From: Crocinitomicaceae bacterium | GTDB taxonomy: Bacteria; Bacteroidota; Bacteroidia; Flavobacteriales_D; Crocinitomicaceae | NCBI GenBank assembly: GCA_044375095.1 | Contig: JBILNH010000001.1 | Span: forward strand, 1 to 60,435 | DNA length: 60,435 nt | Direction of reading: 5' to 3' | Shown here: positions 59,701 through 60,435 of the stretch, piece by piece | How positions within the stretch are numbered: position 1 is the first letter of the stretch | Layout: each line of letters starts with the position of its first letter | Translations under genes and position numbers: made by a program | The notes under the pieces: model-generated | Seen by the model: the letters and a program-made list of their open reading frames with translations, nothing else | Databases searched by the model: none | Told to the model about the DNA's origin: nothing

Positions 59701-60435
59701 GCGCCAATCCAACAGGCGAACCGCTACAAATGGATGCAGTCGAACTACTTGCCATTGCTGGAATAGGCTTTACAGTAACTTGTAAGGTCTGCGGAGTTCC
59801 CTGACAACCATTAATGAATGGAGTAATAGTATAATTTACTGTTTGATTACTTGCCGTAGGATTGGAAAGAATATCAGTAATTACTGAACTGGTTTGTAAT
59901 GAGGTCGATTCGCCTGTAACTTGAGTACTATTTGCTGCAATCCAAGTGAAGTTCGCACCAGCAACATTGGAGACTAAAGCAAGATTGACAGCGCTTCCAC
60001 TACAAATAGTTAACGCATTAACACTCGTGATAATTGGCAACGGATTAACCGTAACAGTTATTGTAAAAGGTTGACCAGGACAGCCACCAACAGTTGGGGT
60101 AACAGTATAGGTTACCACTTGGGCAGTTGAAGATGTATTTGTTAATGTTTGTGAGATGGTCGCGACTCCAGTTGTTTGTGACGACTCTCCTGTAATGTTT
60201 GTGTTATCAATAACAGTCCAAGTGTATGTCGTTCCAGTAGGAACGACATTTCCAGTTCCACTGAATGAAGCAAGGTTTGAATATGAAAATGATCCACCTG
60301 AACAAATGGTACTGGCTTGATTTGCAATTATTGGTGCAGTGTTGACGTTAGCAATAAAAGTTTGAGAGTTCCCAACACATCCAAAAGGAGAGGTTGGAGT
60401 AATTGTGTAGTTAACTTGTTGAACAGTATTTGTGA
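38747..60435 (-). CDS. Giant repeat-rich cell-surface protein with a T9SS type B C-terminal domain (5'-truncated by the window edge; more than 7,229 codons present)
   Basis: It is one uninterrupted ORF. The track start at 60118 is an internal GTG (Val) codon. Hand translation of 60119-60435 in the same frame has no stop and continues the repeat pattern. Domain sub-features are listed below. Confidence 0.9.
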   Translation of the reverse strand, partial: TNTVQQVNYTITPTSPFGCVGNSQTFIANVNTAPIIANQASTICSGGSFSYSNLASFSGTGNVVPTGTTYTWTVIDNTNITGESSQTTGVATISQTLTNTSSTAQVVTYTVTPTVGGCPGQPFTITVTVNPLPIITSVNALTICSGSAVNLALVSNVAGANFTWIAANSTQVTGESTSLQTSSVITDILSNPTASNQTVNYTITPFINGCQGTPQTLQVTVKPIPAMASSSTASICSGSPVGLALSSTVAGSTFSWVAADSLNVAGESLVAQTGATITDILLNSTATNQVVTYTVTPTANGCLGTPQLVTVTVRPNPVLTNTTNQTICSGATLAINLTANIPGTTFSWSAAANNNVGGETTSIQSTGIINDVLTNNTLLDQIVVYTVSSTLNGCSSNQTISITVRPNPILTSPATLTICSGAAVNLALTSNLSGTTFSWVGSPNTNVTGETTTPQSTATIPDVLTLTGNQSTIVTYTVTPTLNSCVGTQQIVNVTVQPNPQMVSSNAATICSGDAVNLVLSSSLNGSSFSWSATDNPLVNGESTTAQTVGTITDQLVNTSTTNQLVTYTITPNLNGCLGDPQTVTITVKPRPVMTSATSDTICNNTAVNFTLSASVPGSSFSWQAAPNAFVNGESITPQTASIINNTLVNTTSIFQVVNYTITPTVNGCTGTPQQLAITVVPPPSVTPPVSTPICSGQTLSISLSGPITGTQFSWSALANANVTGESTTPVNSSLINDVLINTSNSTQQVNYTVTPTLLGCPGNTINVLVSVQPSPLLTSASIDTICSGTTLAIALSSNVSGVSYSWSAVDNTNVTGESTTAQTTSLINNTLINSSGVNQVVTYSVTPTANGCQGTVQTITIVVKPTPTMTSNATASICSGSSPNLSLTSSITGTTFSWIAVANANVTGESTTTQNSNAITNTLVNTSTAVQQVVYNVTPTFNGCPGPVQQVTITVLPTPSITGPNTLSICSNSAVNQTLTSTVTGTTFLWIATNNAVVTGESTTSQTGGTITDVLINNSFANETVQYTITPTLNGCSGSPFILNVTVKPIPSVVGLQNITFCSGGNVNTILNANVTGSTFSWVATSNSSVTGESTSNQTTGLINDVLINTTPIDQTVTYTVTPIFNSCSGLSQQFTVTVKPNPNMTSASALSLCSGNTVGLTLTADVTGTNFTWSAATNATVGGETTTATSSSTINDLLTNTSNNSSVVSYSIQPSVNGCSGLPQTVNVTVNPLPTVTSPSQLTICSGEAVNLNLTSSLNGSNFTWSAANNASVGGETTTNQSTSSISDVLINSTTADQTVVYSIIPTFNGCPGQSQQLNVVVKPRPSLLISSTSSICSGGSLSIPLNANISGTSFSWSAASNSNVTGESLTAQVSATINDQLINTTASSQVVNYTVIPTFNQCTGTSQVVAVTVNSSPTITSASALTICSGDALNFALTSNISGTTFNWVAAATADVSGESTTAQNTGIISDVLNNLTLSDQQVVYTVTPTFNGCTGATQTLTITVKPRPQISPVNPLTICSGQSLNVPLITNITGATISWSAASNTSITGESNATQNSSTVNDILINNTSTVQQVVYTYSSSFNGCASSPLTITVNVNPTPSVTSLPNVTICSGAQVNLNLTSSVSGSTFSWIANSTVNVNGESSTLQSSSSISDVLVNLTTASQTVIYNITPTANGCAGTTQTVTVVVNPNPTLSNLTNLTICSGQPVNLQLTSNVSGVTYSWVAQNNTDVTGESTTVQTTSTINNVLINNSTSDQTVTYTVTPSANGCSGSSQLINVLVKPTPVVTSANSLTLCSGQLVNLSLTSSIVGTSFQWLATSNANVQGENSSPQTSSFINDSLVNTTSIAQIVNYTINPSYNGCNGPPQTVQVTVNPSPVINSSATVTICSGNAVGLNLSSSIPGTSFTWQAAATNTVTGESTSLQTSAAINDVLSTNQTTEQLVLYTVTPIVNGCSGPSQVVTVTVKPTPSLTGLSPLTICSGSSLSINLNATISGTTFSWSAQSNAGVTGESTNIQNSAIITDALTNTTTTTQQVVYSITPSFNGCFGAAQQLTVTVAPIPVLTSNLTNTICSGSAVNLNLTSNVSGAAFSWSATDNNSTTGETTTTQNTNSINDILINPGLVNQTVNYSVVTTANGCSSNNQQVSVIVQPNPVMNSATSLTICSGSAVAIPLSASITNTTFTWSAAANNNVSGESTTSQNTTSITDILTNTSLINQVVNYNVIPSLNGCSGPTQTVTVTVKPRPVLTAPVALTICSGDTVELALTSTITGSTYSWLAADNINATGESTSLQSTSTISDIIINTSLLPQTVAYSATPAFNGCTGSAVTINVTVNPNPQMTSSAAVTICSGNSVSLNLGSTIIGSSFSWVATQTSNVSGESATPQSTATINDVLINNLTTDQTVFYTVTPTVAGCSGNPQQVTVTVKPTPSITSASTQSICSGTTLSFPLISSISGTNFSWIATTNNNVTGESSVSLQNGAFITDNLVNTTNVDQVVTYTVTPTFNGCVGATQIVTITVKPNPVLTSSTTANICSGSALAINLTSNVTGTVFSWVAADNVEVSGESTTPQTTTAIANVLTNNSLTDQQVIYTVSPTANGCSGTAQTITVTVRPAPIVNSTNTAVICSGTAVNLAFTSSISGTTFSWSAAANSFVNGESTTAQTGNTLTDVLTNTSGSSQDVIYTVIPTLNGCSGPSQLVTVTVKPTPVMTSAASLALCSGSNVNLSLQSSISATSFSWVATDNPNITGETSTAVSSGLINDVLVNTASTNQTVLYSVTPTLNGCNGVTQTVSVMVYPTPSITSANNLTLCSGNVIGLSLSSTVAGTTYTWSAADNTNVTGESTSPQSTSTISDLVVNTSGADQIINYLITPVANGCFGNAQALTVVVKPKPVMNSVANSTICSGANVNINLNASIPGTTFSWVASPNANVTGESISSQNSSTITDVLINTTNIVQTVTYTVTPLFNGCSGTPQTVVITVNPGPSMTSLSNLTICSGSSIGLNLSSNVTSSSFTWSATENLNVSGESTTNQFTATIGDILINTTGSNEQVTYTITPAANGCIGGNQTVTVTVQPNPSVSSASNVTICSGSGVNLPLTSSLPGTTFSWVATATISVNGESTTQQNTSIISDVLINTTTSNQTVTYSVIPTLNGCPGTAQLVNVLVKPNPVMTSGTTVSICSGSNVGLNLSASISGSTFTWIAQDNANVTGENSVTAQTSGIISDQLINTTNTAQTVLYTVTPTFNSCSGTPQTVSVTVNPNPSLTSSSALTICSNSPVNLAISSNVSGTAFSWIASNNANINGESLTNQNTSSINDVLINTTTTAQVVNYTITPTGPGGCVGTTQNLIVTVNPLPVVTNLSTVTICSNVAVNLNLTSNIPGTTFSWVATPNASVSGENTVLQNTSLINDVLVNTTTSPQTVTYTITPILNGCAGLPQTITVSVDPIPSMTSISSLSICSGSNINLALTSNVSGSAYSWVATDNPNVTGESLSAVSTSTITNTLVNTTNVNQNVLYTVTPSGNGCNGNVQTVTVTVFPSPVLSSPSNLSICSGEAVGQSLASTVAGTTFNWSAASNANVGGETTALQTTSTITDVLTNTTTSDQTVVYTVTPSANNCLGTGQLVTVIVKPRPTMLSNNSAAICSGSSVNLALNASLTNSTFTWIAANNPLVSGESLTLQTSGLISDILTSSSTVNQTVNYVVTPSFNGCTGSAQSVAVNIKPNPAITSVNSTQVCSNVALNFPFASNVSGTTYSWVANDNVNITGESTSPQSTSSLTDILVNTTLFEQDVTYTVIPSAAGCTGAGQTLVVTVTPIPTINSLLTATICSGESVDLPISSTIPGTTLTWVAQNNGNVTGESLTTQTGNLISDQLINTSSTNQIVAYSLLSTFNGCSSPVAVAQVTVKPTPTVTNATTLSICSGENVNVALTSNVVGTTFNWSASDNTSVSGESITVQNVSSITDVLINTSLTNQNVTYTVQPTADGCVGPNQSITVTVKPLPSITPIAPVTICSEETLSIPLTANINGTTFNWSAQNNLNVTGESITTQNGATITDALTNNTSIAQQIDYTVTPLLNGCSGTNQNVFVTINPLPVVTNLSSFTICSGENFTTNLLSSVTGSTFQWSAQNNPQVNGESTTAQNSSSISEVLINTSNVNQQVIYTITPTANNCAGNNFTITVTVKPSPVITSGTSLTICSGNNVNYSITSNVAGTTYTWSAVDNGSVTGEATTTQSTSSINDVLINTTLSNQIVSYLINPVANSCNGLGQTLNVTVVPTIQVTSANTFDICSGNSLNINLTSNITGATFNWIASNNTNVTGESTTTQNGILINDLLLNNSSTNQTVNYLVTPIFNGCSGTPVPIVVTLFPSPSVTSASALNICSGDSVGLTLTSNVTGTSFSWIASDAVNVFGESLGTQTTSIIADTLINNVLTNQLVSYTVTPNANGCNGLPQTVNVTVQPLPSVTNQPSVTICSGDNVNQPFTSTIAGTTFAWVAASSTSVNGESTIAQNSSTLNDVLTNTTLINQVVQYTVTPIVNGCPGLPFQLSVTVKPKPTYNGVLQDSICSQESANINLSSTILGSTFTWQANASANVTGESTTLQSSTTITDVLVNNSTVNQLVSYTVTPTFNGCQGPSETIQVVVKPIPSITSQNTLTICSEETLALNLTSTVIGTQFGWNAATNVNVNGETTSLQITSVINDQLTNLTLLNQQVIYTVTPTAFGCLGNAQSITVNVGPYPSITNDTVVSICSNSTVGLPLTSDIGGTTFTWSAAANPSVTGESTTNQSGALLSDNLINTTNVNQTVVYTVTPSFNGCAGNPVTIDVTVFPTPQMTSSNSLAICSGNPVGLNLTSSVNGSSFTWVATDNVNVTGESTSNQVINPISDVLTNSTLVNQTVIYTIVPNANGCNGPQQTVSVIVKPNPTTTNAATDSICSGNFVNLNLTSNINNTTFVWSAVSNPFVTGESTSNQNSNLINDYLINTTLLSQTVLYAVTPTFNLCSGTTQNVSITVLPNPSMTSSSALSICSGESVNLTLLADIPGASFTWSAAANGSVTGETIAIQNSSTIGDVLENTSLIDQTVVYTITPTINGCSGVPQSLSVVVKPRPLMTNTATVNICSGQPVSLSLNANLVGSTFQWAAQPNANVVGLSTGNQTGSIINDVLTNTTLVNQVVTYTITPSLNGCNGAQQTVTVTVSPAPTITSNTTANICSGNAVAVPLNANIVGTTFTWIAAPNNNVSGESTSIQSTNTITDLLFNTSSIDQQINYTVTPTFNGCIGSPVTVVATVRPTPSMTSANLLSICSGLPLNFGLTTNVIGTTFNWVGADNLLVTGESLFPQNTATITDVLNNNGTTDQLVVYTVTPAANGCNGLPQTVNVTVRPIPVMTSSSTVAVCSGTPLNFNLTTNVQGSTFNWLALNNPNVTGESTLSQNTNVINDNLINSTLNPQSINYIVTPTNNGCTGVNQNVTVTVNPLPLIDAISDQTICNGDGFTVNLSSDIPATFNWFATPNPNVNGEVSIIQSSAVVSNTLTNTTSQPQFVVYNVTPISALAGCVGPDSTFIIEVIPDVQLNIPSTLEICSGAPVNAILGANVPSTYSWFTTIDNPNVTGESLTTNTGGVINDVLVNNTTTNQLVIYSITPTSIDGNCVGSAQTIAVTVRPPLALLNQDSITICSGNPVNLNLIANSAVTFNWLATQQYVNVTGESLSAVTSSTISDVLVNQTAVPQELVYNVIGTSTFNGCSTPVFPIWVTVNPAPVMNPVPALTVCNGLQTPFIPFSSNSTATAYNWANTTQSIGLAATGTGSIPGFTAINQGFSPVNASISVSPTLTFNGLTCTGTSQNFIINVNPTPIVNPVLNQNVCNNSSSNQVLLSGPVAGTIYNWTNSNPSIGLQNLGTGNIPVFVAQNPTQSPIQSNVVIIPNYTNNGVTCPGTSTNFTFIVNPTPDVLPVANQVLCNGNTTTPVNFVSNVTGTQFNWTNSTPSIGLSPIGNGNIQAFTAVNGTNLPSNGLVTVTPIFVAGTLTCSGIPTSFTYQVNPTPTVDPMPTLTYCHNTVSLVDFNSTFMNNNPAVTYNWINSNTATGIPASGTGDINFLASNTGNTPINAQLLVTPVYSSNGVSCSGSTLSVSVVINPTPTVDPVLNQTVCANNTVAVDFTTSLNAFNTNFTWTNTTPGIGLAGSGSGDISFNAVNNTNGPLTGNVIVTPVFTNQGASCPGIPASFSITVNPVPVVNAIQSQVICANTNSLAVNFSSNVSNTTYSWTNSNGSIGIGTSGQGNIPAFVGLNSSTAVNSGNFQVAASYTNNAVTCTGSNQLFSISINPSPVINNVPDITLCANGLSSQIVFSGNTPGASYQWTNNNTTIGLAASGTGSIPPFTAVNNSTAISTATITVTPSFAFNGATCTGTPEVFTIAVNPIPTVNAVANSIYCNNATTNNVLFNGSISGTQFTWTNNNTAIGLPATGSGTISPFVATNSGIVPITGNFTVVPVVNFNGTSCSGNPQNFAITVNPTPNVVDPVDQVVCGGSATNNVAFTGNVPNTVYTWTNSNTLTGLATNGQGNINSFITSSTLINPEVSTITITPSYTNNITCTGASQIFTITVNPTPITTDPIDQVLCNGSSTQAVNFTSSVNNSSYSWTNTNTTIGLGASGNGPIPSFIAVNGTNIPQVATITVTSSFTNAGVTCTGTTQTFTVTVNPTPTVNDPLDLTLCNNAQTNPVNFTGNVAGTVYNWTNSLPNIGLTSTGTGNIAPFVATNPSTTTVIADLSVTPTFTNLGVTCTGTPQNFTITVHPTANLTSGGTEICSNENVGLTLTSNIPSIISWQGTNNVNVTGETLVPQASNLINDLLINPTNNAQIVTYTIALITSDFGCPSGPFTIPVIVNALPDVQFAPINAPFCDLDPIQFQNTTPGTNTYVWNFGDGSTSTDQNPTNVYDAFGTYNVSLTATNSVTGCVDSLIQPVTILESPAVGFTASATEGCVLFETVFTDIINAPNTTLTWNFGDGATSNQPFAIDHQYDEAGCYDVTLTVTNAAGCSSTLTQVDFVCAYDIPVADFIVSPDSALVSEPLFEFTNQSIDAFTYLWDFGDGSSSLSTNPIHEYDDVPESYVVTLFAYNEFGCYDSTFLTVTVYEDLIFYVPNSFTPNGDGTNDVFLPVITSGVDLGNYQLLIFNRWGQVVFSTTDPTMGWDGTYMNLQEFLTGEDNFAQDGTYTWKIILNSSQNEGAVEKVGHVTLLR
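38750..39061 (-). other. T9SS type B sorting domain (gliding motility-associated C-terminal domain, CHU_C/SprB-like)
   Basis: LIFYVPNSFTPNGDGTNDVFLPV...LLIFNRWGQVVFST...GWDGTY...DGTYTWKI...GHVTLLR matches the TIGR04131-type pattern. Confidence 0.85.
39062..39799 (-). other. Three canonical PKD domains
   Basis: The three W(N/D)FGDG motifs are YVWNFGDGSTS, LTWNFGDGATS and YLWDFGDGSSS, each followed by Y..G.Y.V.L. Confidence 0.85.
39800..40072 (-). repeat. Single terminal type-A-like module
   Basis: NLTSGGTEICSNENVGLTLTSNIPSIISWQGTNNVNVTGETLVPQ...IVTYTIALITSDFGCPSG. Confidence 0.7.
40073..43177 (-). repeat. Type B module array: 11 tandem ~94-aa repeats
   Basis: The consensus is ..(V/L)C.N.......F.(S/G)N..GT.(Y/F).WTN(S/N)N..IGL...G.G.I..F.A.N......(V/I)TP.....G(V/A)(T/S)C.G....F.I.VNPTP. 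I counted 11 units in the translation. Confidence 0.8.
43178..60435 (-). repeat. Type A module array: about 62 tandem ~92-aa repeats (~276-nt period)
   Basis: The consensus is P.P..TS....TICSG..VNL.LTS...GT.F(S/T)W.A..N.NVTGES(T/L)..Q....I.D.L.N.....Q.V.YTVTP..NGC.G..Q...VTV.P. ICSG codons recur every 272-278 nt (e.g. ~60000, 59725, 59447, 59172, 58897). Confidence 0.85.

Noticed and set aside
60116-60118. The start codon ('M') of the 7,123-aa ORF as given by the track.
   Set aside because: It is a GTG Val codon in the middle of a repeat module (…SSTAQ-V-VTYTVTP…). The frame stays open to the window edge, so the true start is upstream of the window.

Overview
This is a 60.4-kb chromosomal window from an AT-rich Bacteroidota genome, probably Flavobacteriia-like. 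I infer that from T9SS C-terminal sorting domains, TAnnTTTG promoter boxes, purH-mreB linkage and kynurenine-pathway genes. No database search was run, and all family calls come from motif recognition in the supplied translations plus hand translation.

Positions 1-29.4 kb are mostly housekeeping:
- scoB/scoA, a class A PBP, and rodA-mrdA-mreD-mreC joined by three ATGA overlaps.
- A T9SS cargo protein, an omega-amidase plus aminotransferase pair, hemL and icd.
- kynU-kmo, an ArsC-family protein and an EamA transporter.
- A heme-c/PHM-like copper monooxygenase with a T9SS tail, an S41 protease, dCMP deaminase, an orphan response regulator, and purH-mreB.

There are two accessory spots:
- A 1.35-kb single-gene cassette (AAA+/DUF4143-type ATPase) is bracketed by 90-bp direct repeats that duplicate the 3' end of the EamA gene. 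A 4 x 23-bp tandem array lies in its upstream region.
- A 29.4-33.2 kb islet holds two unknown genes, an AbiEi/AbiEii pair with duplicated 32-bp operator-like repeats, and a tiny secreted protein built from six YENQA(D/G) repeats.

The last 21.7 kb (36% of the window) is one 5'-truncated minus-strand ORF of more than 7,229 codons. It contains about 62 copies of a 92-aa two-cysteine Ig/PKD-like module, 11 copies of a second 94-aa module, 3 canonical PKD domains and a T9SS type B (SprB/CHU_C-like) C-terminal domain. It is a giant surface adhesin candidate and the most striking object here.

No rRNA, tRNA, CRISPR, transposase or integrase genes were recognised.
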